Shown in pieces: positions 19,900 through 29,086 of a stretch of DNA of 64,000 nucleotides. The first letter of the stretch is position 1. Each line of letters begins with the position of its first letter. The translations under genes were made by a program, and so were the position numbers. Source of the stretch: an uncultured Alphaproteobacteria bacterium (GTDB lineage: Bacteria > Pseudomonadota > Alphaproteobacteria > Rs-D84); NCBI GenBank assembly GCA_944390125.1, contig CALXOX010000001.1, positions 385,364 to 449,363 of the forward strand, in the 5' to 3' direction. The notes under the pieces were generated by a model. The model was not told where the DNA came from. It did not search any database and was given only the letters and a program-made list of their open reading frames with translations.

Positions 19900-22452
19900 G
19901 TGGTGGACAAAAGTAAACTGACCCCTGTTATGCAACAGTATGTTGACATGAAGGCGGAAAACCCTGACGCTTTATTGATGTTTCGTCTTGGGGATTTTTA
20001 TGAAGCTTTTTTTGAAGATGCAAAGACGATTAGTCAGAATTTAGGTTTGGTTTTAACACAGCGTGGCACAGATGCAGACGGTGAAAATATACCGATGTGT
20101 GGGATACCTTGGCATGCGGCAGATAATTATTTTGGACGCTTGGTTCGTGCGGGTTTTCGTGTTGCGTTGGTAGAACAAATGGAAACACCGGCAGAGGCAA
20201 AGGCACGTGGTCATAAATTTATTGATAGAAAAATCATTCGTGTTTTGACACCTGGTACGCTTACAGACGAAAATTTACTGACACCTAAGAATTCTAATTT
20301 TTTAATATCTGTTGTGATACTTGAAAACGGAGTATTTGATATTGCAGGTTGCGATATCTCAACAGGTGAATTTTTTGTTGGAAAAACGGCGGACGTTTTA
20401 GATGATTTAGTGCGCATAAATCCAGCTGAAATAATATATCCAGAAAACTTGGCTGAAAATGAAACGATTATGCACTTGCGCGATGTATTTAAGACCACGC
20501 CAGTATATGAAAAGTTATATCATCGTGCAGATATTGGTGCGATAGTTTCCAGTGTGTTTGGGGGTGCGGTAAAAGCAGATGATAATACTATTGTAAATCA
20601 AGACAGTGCGATAAAATTGCTAGCTGGATATTTGTTTAATACTCAACGTGGCGCATCAATTACTTTTCGTGCACCTTATGTTTTCAAGTCTGGCAGGCAA
20701 CTGTTGATAGATTCTGCAACGTGGAGAAGTTTGGAAATAGATGCGCCAATAAATGATGGTGGGTTATGTTTAACAGATGTTTTGGATAATACAAAGACCG
20801 CGGCTGGTGCCAGAAAATTGCGTTCTTATTTACGTACGTTATCGGGTGATATAGAAGAAATAAAACGTCGTCAAAGTCATATTGGGCATCTGTTGTTAAA
20901 TACAGATGTTATGGGTGGTGTTGCAGCCGCTTTGAGTTCTGTACCAGACGTTGGAAGAAGTTTGTCTCGTTTATTATCTGGTCGTGGTACACCCCGTGAC
21001 ATGCGTCATATTGCTGATTTTATGATAGAATTACCAAATGCAAAAATGTTAGGTGCGCGGTTGGATGCAGATTTGTTGCAGCGCTTTTCTAGAATTGATA
21101 CTCACGACGCTTTGGCAATGGAATTAAATTCTGCATTGAATGATGAATTACCAACTTTTTTCCGTGATGGTGATGTTATTCGCACTGGTTTTGATTTAAG
21201 TTTGGATCATATGCGTGGTCTGGCGCATGGGGCTAAGGAAACAATTGCAGGAATGCAGGCAGAATATGCTGCAGCAACCGGCATACATAATTTGAAAATC
21301 AAATATAATAACATTCTTGGTTATTTTATAGAGGTTCCAAGTGCTCGTGCAGATGCGTTGATGAAGCCAGAATCTGGTTTTATACATCGTCAGACAATGT
21401 CAGGTAATATGCGATTCACGACAGCGCGTTTAATTGATTTGGATAACGACGTGCGTAGCGCTGCGGAAAAATCCGCCGCAATAGAGGCAGACATTATTTC
21501 AAGCTTGATTGAAAAAATACGTGCAGTTGCAGACGATTTACTGGCGACTGCAGAATTACTGGCAGATTTGGATGTTTGGTACTCTTTGGCGGTTGTTGCA
21601 GATAAATATTCTTGGGTCAGACCAGAGGTAACGAATGACGTTGCGTTTGATATAGTTGGTGGTCGTCATCCAGTAATTGATTTTGCTTTGCGCAGTCGTG
21701 GCGATAATTTTGTTAAAAATGACTGCAATTTGAATGTTAAATCGATTGCATTGCTGACGGGACCAAATATGGCTGGTAAATCAACTTACCTGCGTCAGAA
21801 TGCGTTGCTTGTTGTATTGGCTCATTTGGGGTCTTTTGTGCCTGCGGTACGTGCAACAATCGGTATTTGTGACCAGTTGTTTAGTCGTGTAGGGGCATCT
21901 GATAATTTGGCGGCTGGGCAATCTACGTTTATGGTTGAAATGAGTGAGACGGCTAATATTTTACGTCGTGCGACACGTTCTTCGTTTATTATATTTGACG
22001 AGATTGGTCGCGGCACGTCAACATATGATGGTATGGCGATTGCTCAGGCTGTATTAGAATATCTGAATGAATTACAACCAAGAACTCTTTTTGCGACACA
22101 TTATCATGAATTGACTGCGCTGGTCGGATGTAATCCAGGTCAGTTGCAAAATGTTTCGTGTTTGACAATAGACGTGCGTGAACATAACAACGAGATAATA
22201 TTTATGCACAAAATAGTTGCTGGGGTTGCAAATCGTTCTTATGGGATACAAGTTGCCAAGATGGCGGGAATGCCAGCATCTGTTGTTTCGCGTGCAGAAG
22301 AAGTTCTGTCTGGATTAGAATCTCACAATGAAACTTTGTGTAAAGATATAGCGCCAGCAGAGCAAAAGACAGAAAAGACAAAAGGGGAGAGAAAAGAACC
22401 AAAAGCGTCTCAACCTTCTGGGACAAAGACGCAACTGAATCTGTTTGGATAG
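19900..22452 (+). CDS. mutS: DNA mismatch repair protein MutS
   Basis: TP.MQQY, GDFYE, TGPNMAGKST, STFMVEM, DEIGRGTST, THYHEL; C-terminal QLNLF beta-clamp motif. Confidence 0.98.
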   Translation: MVDKSKLTPVMQQYVDMKAENPDALLMFRLGDFYEAFFEDAKTISQNLGLVLTQRGTDADGENIPMCGIPWHAADNYFGRLVRAGFRVALVEQMETPAEAKARGHKFIDRKIIRVLTPGTLTDENLLTPKNSNFLISVVILENGVFDIAGCDISTGEFFVGKTADVLDDLVRINPAEIIYPENLAENETIMHLRDVFKTTPVYEKLYHRADIGAIVSSVFGGAVKADDNTIVNQDSAIKLLAGYLFNTQRGASITFRAPYVFKSGRQLLIDSATWRSLEIDAPINDGGLCLTDVLDNTKTAAGARKLRSYLRTLSGDIEEIKRRQSHIGHLLLNTDVMGGVAAALSSVPDVGRSLSRLLSGRGTPRDMRHIADFMIELPNAKMLGARLDADLLQRFSRIDTHDALAMELNSALNDELPTFFRDGDVIRTGFDLSLDHMRGLAHGAKETIAGMQAEYAAATGIHNLKIKYNNILGYFIEVPSARADALMKPESGFIHRQTMSGNMRFTTARLIDLDNDVRSAAEKSAAIEADIISSLIEKIRAVADDLLATAELLADLDVWYSLAVVADKYSWVRPEVTNDVAFDIVGGRHPVIDFALRSRGDNFVKNDCNLNVKSIALLTGPNMAGKSTYLRQNALLVVLAHLGSFVPAVRATIGICDQLFSRVGASDNLAAGQSTFMVEMSETANILRRATRSSFIIFDEIGRGTSTYDGMAIAQAVLEYLNELQPRTLFATHYHELTALVGCNPGQLQNVSCLTIDVREHNNEIIFMHKIVAGVANRSYGIQVAKMAGMPASVVSRAEEVLSGLESHNETLCKDIAPAEQKTEKTKGERKEPKASQPSGTKTQLNLFG

Positions 22453-22467
22453 CCAAAAGGACCGTAA

Positions 22468-22956
22468 ATGCATGTCAGGAAGTTGTTCGTATTCAAGACC
22501 CCATTTTATTCTCCAAAATATAAAGAGTTTTATTCCATAGAAGAGCTTAGAGAATTTTTGAAAGGTTTTGATTTTATGAAGCCTCATACGGTCAGTAATT
22601 TTTCTACGGGTTTACCTGAGTTTCAGGTTGGGGCTAAAGTTCTGTTTGGGATTGATGGCGAGTTTGTCCAGTCAGAGGTTTATTGGGGGCCTCGTTTTAT
22701 AGTTGGTCGCGGTGTTAGCGTAGAAGACAAGAAAATTTATGCACTTGTCCCCATGGATAAAGCGTCTATCAGTAAAAATGGTTTGGTTGAGCGGGAATAT
22801 AAATCCGTAAAATTGCCAAATGGTACGGTAGATGCCGTAATTGATTTAAGAAATATGTATCAGTTGTGGCCTAAATGCCATAAAAGAACAAAAACAGAGT
22901 TTGATAAATTTATATCTTTCATCTTGCGTAAGCAATATAGGATTAGAGGTTTGTGA
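22468..22956 (+). CDS. Hypothetical protein
   Basis: 162-aa ORF with AAGGA RBS filling the mutS-truB gap; no recognised motif. Confidence 0.65.
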   Translation: MHVRKLFVFKTPFYSPKYKEFYSIEELREFLKGFDFMKPHTVSNFSTGLPEFQVGAKVLFGIDGEFVQSEVYWGPRFIVGRGVSVEDKKIYALVPMDKASISKNGLVEREYKSVKLPNGTVDAVIDLRNMYQLWPKCHKRTKTEFDKFISFILRKQYRIRGL

Positions 22957-23831
22957 TGGTTTCCGGTTGGATTATTTTAGATAAACCATCGGGTGTATTC
23001 AGTCGTACGGCTGGCGCACGTGTTGCTCGTATGTTTGGCGAGAAAACATTTGGACATATTGGAACATTGGATCCAATGGCTTCTGGGGTGTTGCCAATTG
23101 CGATTGGCTCAGCGACTAAGGTGATACCTTTTGTTGAAGAAATTCGTTCGTCAACAAAGGAATATTTATTTTCAGTTCAGTTTGGGTTTGAAACAGACAC
23201 TTTAGACATAACGGGGAAGGAAATATCACGTACGGATATTATACCTAGTAAGGAAGAAGTTTTATCTGTATTGCCTAAGTTGGTTGGTGATATAGAGCAG
23301 ATTCCGCCAATGTATAGTGCTGTGCACATTGATGGCAAGCGTGCATATGAATTAGCACGTCAGGGCAGGGCGGTTGAAAATATAGCCCCACGCCAAGTTC
23401 GCATAGAATCTTTGGATTTGGTTGAAATAAACGGAAATAGTTGGACTTTTAAGGTGCGTTGCAGCCGCGGCACCTATGTGCGTTCTATTGCGCGAGATAT
23501 TGCAAAAATGTGTGAAACGGTTGCGACGGTGGATATGATAAGGCGTACAGAAAGTATAGGTTTTGGAATAAAAGACGCTGTACAACTTGATTTTTTAGAA
23601 AATCTGTTTAATAATAGTGCAGATTTCAAGGAATTCTTGAAACCAACAGATTATGGACTGGGGGACATTCCGGTTCAGAATCTGGACGATAAACAGACTG
23701 TTTTGTATAAAAACGGTGGGTTTATTGAAACTGGTGCGCAAGACGGTTATAGTCGTGTTTATAGCGGTTCTGAGTTTGTAGGAATTGGTATAGTTACGGA
23801 CGGGGTTTTGCGACCGAAACGAACAATTTAA
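22956..23831 (+). CDS. truB: tRNA pseudouridine(55) synthase TruB
   Basis: LDKP.G, GHIGTLDPMASGVL, QIPPMYSA, CSRGTYVRS. Confidence 0.96.
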   Translation: MVSGWIILDKPSGVFSRTAGARVARMFGEKTFGHIGTLDPMASGVLPIAIGSATKVIPFVEEIRSSTKEYLFSVQFGFETDTLDITGKEISRTDIIPSKEEVLSVLPKLVGDIEQIPPMYSAVHIDGKRAYELARQGRAVENIAPRQVRIESLDLVEINGNSWTFKVRCSRGTYVRSIARDIAKMCETVATVDMIRRTESIGFGIKDAVQLDFLENLFNNSADFKEFLKPTDYGLGDIPVQNLDDKQTVLYKNGGFIETGAQDGYSRVYSGSEFVGIGIVTDGVLRPKRTI

Positions 23832-23849
23832 AACTAAAGAGGAAAAATA

Positions 23850-24122
23850 ATGTCCGTTACAAAAGAAAAAAAGAGCGAATTGATTCAGGCGTACAAGACG
23901 ACTGAAAAAGATAATGGTGGTTCTGCTGCATCTCAGGTTGCAGTATTGACAGAACGCATTCGCAATTTGACAGAACACATGAAGAATAATCACAAAGACG
24001 AACATTCAAAACGTGGTCTGTTGTTGATGGTAAATCGTCGTAAGAAATTATTGGCGTACATCAAGAAACGTAATGTTTCAGAATACGAAGAACTGATTAA
24101 AAAATTAGGTCTGCGTAAATAA
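23850..24122 (+). CDS. rpsO: 30S ribosomal protein S15
   Basis: [13 protein letters not shown]...KDEHS.RGLL.MV.RR.KLL.Y. Confidence 0.98.
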   Translation: MSVTKEKKSELIQAYKTTEKDNGGSAASQVAVLTERIRNLTEHMKNNHKDEHSKRGLLLMVNRRKKLLAYIKKRNVSEYEELIKKLGLRK

Positions 24123-24125
24123 CAA

Positions 24126-24153
24126 AGAACCGGCAATTGCCGGTCTTTATTTT
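24126..24153 (+). terminator. Terminator after rpsO
   Basis: ACCGGC-AATT-GCCGGT followed by CTTTATTTT. Confidence 0.75.
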
Positions 24154-24190
24154 TATTTGCAAACAATTAAATATACTTTATAATCAACTG

Positions 24191-24258
24191 GTGCGAAGGG
24201 GAAATTGTTCATTCTTGCATTTTTATAGAATGCAAAAACGAATGATTTTTCTTCGCAT
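24191..24258 (+). promoter_or_regulatory. Long 5'-UTR stem-loop of pnp (candidate RNase III site)
   Basis: TGCGAAG/CTTCGCA outer stem, GAAATTGTTC/GAATGATTTT middle stem, TTGCATT/AATGCAA inner stem. Confidence 0.6.
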
Positions 24259-24275
24259 TTATTAGAACTAAAAAA

Positions 24276-26456
24276 ATGGAGAAATATATGTTATTTGGTT
24301 TGTTTAACAAAGATGAAAAGACGCACTTGAATAATCCCGTTGTAGTAGAAGTACAATATGGTGATGAGGTCTTGCGTTTGGAAACAGGTCGTATGGCAAA
24401 GCAGGCAAACGGTTCTGTTCTGGCGACTATGGGTGGTACAATGGTCTTGGCAACAGTATGTGCAGAAAAAACAGCTGTTGAAGGTCAAGATTTCTTCCCG
24501 TTGACGGTTGACTATCAAGAAAAATTTGCATCTGCTGGTCGTATCCCAGGTTCTCGTGATAGACGTGAAGGCAAGGCATCAACTGGTGAAACATTGATTG
24601 CACGTTTAATTGATCGTCCTATTCGTCCGTTGTTCCCAGAAACATTTAAAAACAAAGTTCAAATAATTGCGCAGGTATTTTCTTATGATAAGAAAAACCA
24701 GCCGGATATTTTGGCTATGATTGCCTCTTCTGCAGCTTTGGCTTTGTCTGGTGTTCCTTTTGCGGGACCGATTGGTGCGGCACGTGTAGGTTATATGGAT
24801 GGTAAATACATTTTGAATCCTTCTAAGAAAATGACGGAAGATTCTGAAATGGATTTGGTTGTTGCTGCAACAAAAGACGGTGTTTTGATGGTTGAATCAG
24901 AAATCGGCGAGTTGGATGAAGCGACAACTTTGGGTGCAGTTAAATTTGGTTTTGATGCACAGCAAACAGTTATCAACGCAATCAATGAATTGGCGGAAAA
25001 AGCTGGTAAAGAACGTTGGGCTGTTCCAGAAAAGTCTGCTGAATACATTGCAATGGAAAAAGATTTTGAATCTTTTGCTGGTGAAGTAGAATCTGCATTA
25101 CAGATTAAAGAAAAGTTGGTTCGTTTGGAAACTTTGGGCAATATTCATGCCGAAGCCAAGGCGCGCATTCCAGAATTGTTCCCAGAAACAACAACGGCAA
25201 CATCTACATTAGAATCTTGGGCAGATGAAATTGTTGAAAATCTGACTGCGCGCATTATGCGTGGTAATATTTTGGCAGGTAAACCACGTATTGATGGTCG
25301 TGATAACAAGACTGTTCGTCCAATTGAAATTGAATTGGGTGTATTGCCACGTGCACATGGTTCTGCACTGTTCACACGTGGTGAAACGCAAGCCTTGGTG
25401 TCTTTGACATTGGGGGGCGGCAAAGATGCATTGCCAATTGAATCTTTGGATGGTGATGAAGAACGTGATTTCATCTTGAATTATAACTTCCCAGGCTATT
25501 CTGTTGGCGAATGCAAAGGTTTGAAATCACCTGGTCGTCGTGAAATTGGTCACGGTAATTTGGCATGGCGTGCTTTGCATCCAATGGTACCAAGTCGTTC
25601 AGAATTTGACTATGTTATCCGCGTAGTATCAGATATTTTGGAATCTAATGGTTCTTCATCTATGGCAACTACATGCGGTGCAACACTGGCTATGATGGAC
25701 GGTGGTGTGCCTTTGAAACGTCCAGTTGCAGGTATTGCGATGGGATTGATTAAAGAAGGCGATGATTACGCGATTTTGACAGATATCTTGGGGGATGAAG
25801 ATCACTTAGGTGATATGGACTTCAAGGTAACTGGTACGAATCAGGGTATTACAGCGTTGCAGATGGATATTAAAATCACATCTATAACGTTTGAAATCAT
25901 GGAACATGCTTTGGCACAGGCGAAAGAAGGTCGTATGCATATCTTGGGCAAGATTGAAAAAGCAATCAAAGCTCCACGTAAGCAAGTATCTGAATTTGCG
26001 CCACAGGCATATGCTATGAAAATCAATCCAGATAAAGTACGTGATGTAATTGGTAAGGGTGGTTCTGTTATTCAGGCTTTGACCCGTGAAACAAATACTC
26101 AGATAGATTTAGAAGACGATGGTTCTATCAAAATTATGGCGACTTCGAAAGAAGACGCAGAAGCAGCGATGGCACGTATTAAAGACATTGTTGCAGAACC
26201 AGAAGTTGGCGTTATTTATCCGGGTGTAGTATCTGGAATTAAAGATTTTGGCTTGTTTGTAAAAATCTTGAATGGTTTTGAATCCATGGTTCATATTTCT
26301 GAAATCACTGGTGAAAGAATTGCAAAGATTGAAGATACCAAGATAAAAGAAGGCGACAAAGTATTTGTAAGATATTTGGGCGCAGACAAACGTGGTAAGA
26401 CACGTATGTCAATGGTTGGTATTGACCAAAAAACAGGTAAAGAAATTGAAAAATAA
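24276..26456 (+). CDS. pnp: Polyribonucleotide nucleotidyltransferase (PNPase)
   Basis: DFFPLTVDY, RLIDRPIRPLF, RREIGHG, ESNGSSSMA, DHLGDMDFKV, KH and S1 domains. Confidence 0.99.
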   Translation: MEKYMLFGLFNKDEKTHLNNPVVVEVQYGDEVLRLETGRMAKQANGSVLATMGGTMVLATVCAEKTAVEGQDFFPLTVDYQEKFASAGRIPGSRDRREGKASTGETLIARLIDRPIRPLFPETFKNKVQIIAQVFSYDKKNQPDILAMIASSAALALSGVPFAGPIGAARVGYMDGKYILNPSKKMTEDSEMDLVVAATKDGVLMVESEIGELDEATTLGAVKFGFDAQQTVINAINELAEKAGKERWAVPEKSAEYIAMEKDFESFAGEVESALQIKEKLVRLETLGNIHAEAKARIPELFPETTTATSTLESWADEIVENLTARIMRGNILAGKPRIDGRDNKTVRPIEIELGVLPRAHGSALFTRGETQALVSLTLGGGKDALPIESLDGDEERDFILNYNFPGYSVGECKGLKSPGRREIGHGNLAWRALHPMVPSRSEFDYVIRVVSDILESNGSSSMATTCGATLAMMDGGVPLKRPVAGIAMGLIKEGDDYAILTDILGDEDHLGDMDFKVTGTNQGITALQMDIKITSITFEIMEHALAQAKEGRMHILGKIEKAIKAPRKQVSEFAPQAYAMKINPDKVRDVIGKGGSVIQALTRETNTQIDLEDDGSIKIMATSKEDAEAAMARIKDIVAEPEVGVIYPGVVSGIKDFGLFVKILNGFESMVHISEITGERIAKIEDTKIKEGDKVFVRYLGADKRGKTRMSMVGIDQKTGKEIEK

Positions 26457-26510
26457 GTAAAATAGATGCGCCCCTAAAAAGGGGCGCGTTTATAACGTAC
26501 GGAGAAAACT

Positions 26511-26810
26511 ATGGATATGGAAGCATTGATGGCACAGGCAAGTGCTTTGCAGGATAAAGTAACGGCAGCCCAGGAACAGTTGGCGTCTATGCATGTAAAA
26601 GGTATTGCGGAAGAAGGGGCTGTTATTATCGATATGACTGGTAAGTATGATTTGGCAGGTATAAAAATTCGTGAAGATGTAATGTCTCGTGGTGCCGCTG
26701 GTGTTGAAGCCTTGATTTCTGCTGCATATAATGATGCCAAGGCGAAAGCAGATGATTTAATTGACCGTGTAATGGGTGAAGCAACGGCAGGTATGCCAAT
26801 GCCTAAATAA
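26511..26810 (+). CDS. YbaB/EbfC nucleoid-associated protein
   Basis: LMAQA..LQ.K...AQE.L....V.G; LI.AAYNDA. Confidence 0.88.
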   Translation: MDMEALMAQASALQDKVTAAQEQLASMHVKGIAEEGAVIIDMTGKYDLAGIKIREDVMSRGAAGVEALISAAYNDAKAKADDLIDRVMGEATAGMPMPK

Positions 26811-26858
26811 AAAACTGGACAAGTGGAAAAAAATAGTTTATTATTCAGCCACTGTTTC

Positions 26859-26935
26859 GGATGTTTAGCTCAGTTGATTAGAGCATCTCGTTTACACCGA
26901 GAGGGTCGGGGGTTTGAGTCCCTCAACATCCACCA
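26859..26935 (+). tRNA. tRNA-Val(TAC)
   Basis: GGATGTT/AACATCC acceptor, TCTCG-TTTACAC-CGAGA anticodon arm, CCA end; unusual A19 and T56. Confidence 0.95.
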
Positions 26936-26943
26936 GAGATTTT

Positions 26944-26966
26944 AACCGCCGTATGGCGGTTTTTTG
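26944..26966 (+). terminator. Terminator after tRNA-Val
   Basis: AACCGCC-GTAT-GGCGGTTTTTT. Confidence 0.85.
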
Positions 26967-26999
26967 ATTTGCGTTCCAGTGAAAATATTATATCATACT

Positions 27000-27225
27000 C
27001 TACAGAATCCACAGGGATGTGGTTTCGGGGCTGTAGCAAGCCTATACATGCGGTGCGTAAGCATCGTTATTCTGATGTTTCGGTGCTGGCGCGCCGTTAT
27101 GTCCCCGATGACATTGGTCGGGGAGCCGTTCGTTATAAAAAAGGCAATGCTGAAGACAACGGAATCATTCATGTATTGATTGCTAACTCCCCGACCGCCT
27201 TCCTTTGGCGGTCTAATTTTTATGT
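27000..27225 (+). ncRNA. C4/CI-antisense-like structured leader RNA / attenuator (copy 2)
   Basis: P1 GGTCGGGGAG(27116-25)/CTCCCCGACC(27187-96); P2 CCGTT/AACGG; P3 AATCA-TTCATGTAT-TGATT; loop and bulge complementary to upstream ATACATG and TAGCAA; terminator GACCGCC/GGCGGTC overlaps P1. Confidence 0.65.
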
Positions 27226-27236
27226 TGGGGGATAAT

Positions 27237-28139
27237 ATGAAAATCTCGATAATAATACCGGCATATAACTGTGAAAAGTATATATGTCAGACTTTAGATT
27301 GCATCAGAACGCAGACTTTTCCTCAGAAAGATATGGAAATAATAGTCTTTCTTGATGGTTGTACTGATTCTACGCCATTTGAGGTTGTTGAGTATTCAAA
27401 GAAACATCCAGATATGAATATAAAATTATTGAAAGTTGATGAAAAGCAAGGACCATCAAATGCTAGGAATTGCGCTTTACAATGTGCAACTGGTGAATAC
27501 GTTCATTTTTTTGACGCAGATGATGTTATAAATCAAGATTTTTATAGATTACTATATGAGGCCGCAAAGAAAGCGGATTCAGATATCGCAGTGGCTTCAT
27601 TCAGTCATGAACGCTTCCCAAATGATAGTGTCATCTTTACCGATTCGATAGTTTTATCAGTTCCTCAAGATAAATTGAATGCCACAAAAGTTGATAAGCA
27701 TGGGTTTTCATGGCGATATTTAATAAAGCGAAACTTTTTACAAAAGAATCATTTTCTGTTTCCAACTGATATGAAATATTGTGAAGATATGCTGATAATG
27801 ACGAAATGTATATATTACAGCAATAACATTGTGTTAGTGCCAAAGGCTTTGTATGTATATAAATACAGGCAGAATTCATTACTAACAACACATGAAACAA
27901 AGCGGGAACAAAACACTTACTATAAACAGGCAAAAATACAAGTTCGTGTTTTCTTATCTCAGTTTGATTTATCACCGACAAGAAATTATCATAAACGGAC
28001 GAGATATGTTTTATTTGGGCTTATCCCACTCATACTTACAGTTGATAGAGATGAATGTAATAAAATATATTATCTGCTTGGTATAATTCCGTTATTTAGC
28101 CGTAGAACGAACTATAAGCAAGAACGATTGGTTATTTGA
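27237..28139 (+). CDS. Family 2 glycosyltransferase
   Basis: ISIIIPAYN, DGCTD, GPSNARN, FFDADD, EDM; AT-rich. Confidence 0.93.
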   Translation: MKISIIIPAYNCEKYICQTLDCIRTQTFPQKDMEIIVFLDGCTDSTPFEVVEYSKKHPDMNIKLLKVDEKQGPSNARNCALQCATGEYVHFFDADDVINQDFYRLLYEAAKKADSDIAVASFSHERFPNDSVIFTDSIVLSVPQDKLNATKVDKHGFSWRYLIKRNFLQKNHFLFPTDMKYCEDMLIMTKCIYYSNNIVLVPKALYVYKYRQNSLLTTHETKREQNTYYKQAKIQVRVFLSQFDLSPTRNYHKRTRYVLFGLIPLILTVDRDECNKIYYLLGIIPLFSRRTNYKQERLVI

Positions 28140-28140
28140 T

Positions 28141-28169
28141 AAAAGAACCGCCAAATTGGCGGTTCTTTT
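28141..28169. terminator. Bidirectional terminator
   Basis: AAAAGAACCGCCA-AAT-TGGCGGTTCTTTT between convergent genes. Confidence 0.88.
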
Positions 28170-28920
28170 ACCTTTGTCTGTTTTTGTTGTTCCATTTCAA
28201 GGCGTTTAAAACATAGTTTGTTGCAAGATTTATATCAAATTGATTAGTGCCTTGTTTTTTTAAATTATATTCAGCATCTATCCAAGTTTTATAAAAATTT
28301 GGCAATACGTATGAAATTTCAGTTAAATTTTCAGATATATTTTCTGCAGACAGCCCACCGGAATAACCGTGATCACGGCCTGCGAAGTAAGGAGTTTCCC
28401 AAAGTTTTGGATGACGCCCAGAACCGTAAGAGGAATCATAAAGCAGTGAGAAAGGTAAACCAGCATCATAAAGTTGTTTTACAAACATCATAACAATGGG
28501 GCCTTTGTTAAATGAAAAAATGAACTCTTTTTCGGGGTTATCTTTAATTACGGATTTAATACCATCAGTTTTTGTCAGATTCATACTATTGCTGATGTTT
28601 AATTGCCAGCGATTGATTACAGGTGTCCCAGTTGTTTGATTTTTTAAGTCTAATAACTCTTTTAATTCTGGTGCAATTTTACCTGCACACAAATCGGTAC
28701 ACCAATCACCATTTATATGGAGAGCTAATTTCATATTTGCAGATTCTTGCGTGTTTAATAATTGTTCAAACCATTCGTATTGAGGCTTTCCTTTTTTCAT
28801 GGTGCTTGAGTTCGCAATGATGCCTATTTCTACGAGATTTGATGTGTTTGCTAAGTTTATCAGTTCTTTTATATTGGTGTTTTCATTTGCGCCAGAGCAT
28901 GTTATATAACGTAATTGCAT
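28168..28920 (-). CDS. TIM-barrel protein, phosphoribosylanthranilate-isomerase-like family
   Basis: TCSGA, EIG, LHING, RWQLN, LYDSS.G.G, GYSGGL.AENI, WIDAE pattern. Confidence 0.6.
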   Translation of the reverse strand: MQLRYITCSGANENTNIKELINLANTSNLVEIGIIANSSTMKKGKPQYEWFEQLLNTQESANMKLALHINGDWCTDLCAGKIAPELKELLDLKNQTTGTPVINRWQLNISNSMNLTKTDGIKSVIKDNPEKEFIFSFNKGPIVMMFVKQLYDAGLPFSLLYDSSYGSGRHPKLWETPYFAGRDHGYSGGLSAENISENLTEISYVLPNFYKTWIDAEYNLKKQGTNQFDINLATNYVLNALKWNNKNRQR

Positions 28921-29086
28921 TTTTTACCCTTTGCTATTAGATAATGTGTGGCTTTGCACCACAAAATTATGCTAGTACAAAATCAAAAATGTTGTCAATA
29001 GTATGAGAATTTAAATATTTTTATCTTTGATTGCGGTTTTGTTTTCTTAGTTTTATAATTAGGCAGGTGTATATAAGGAGAGTTTT

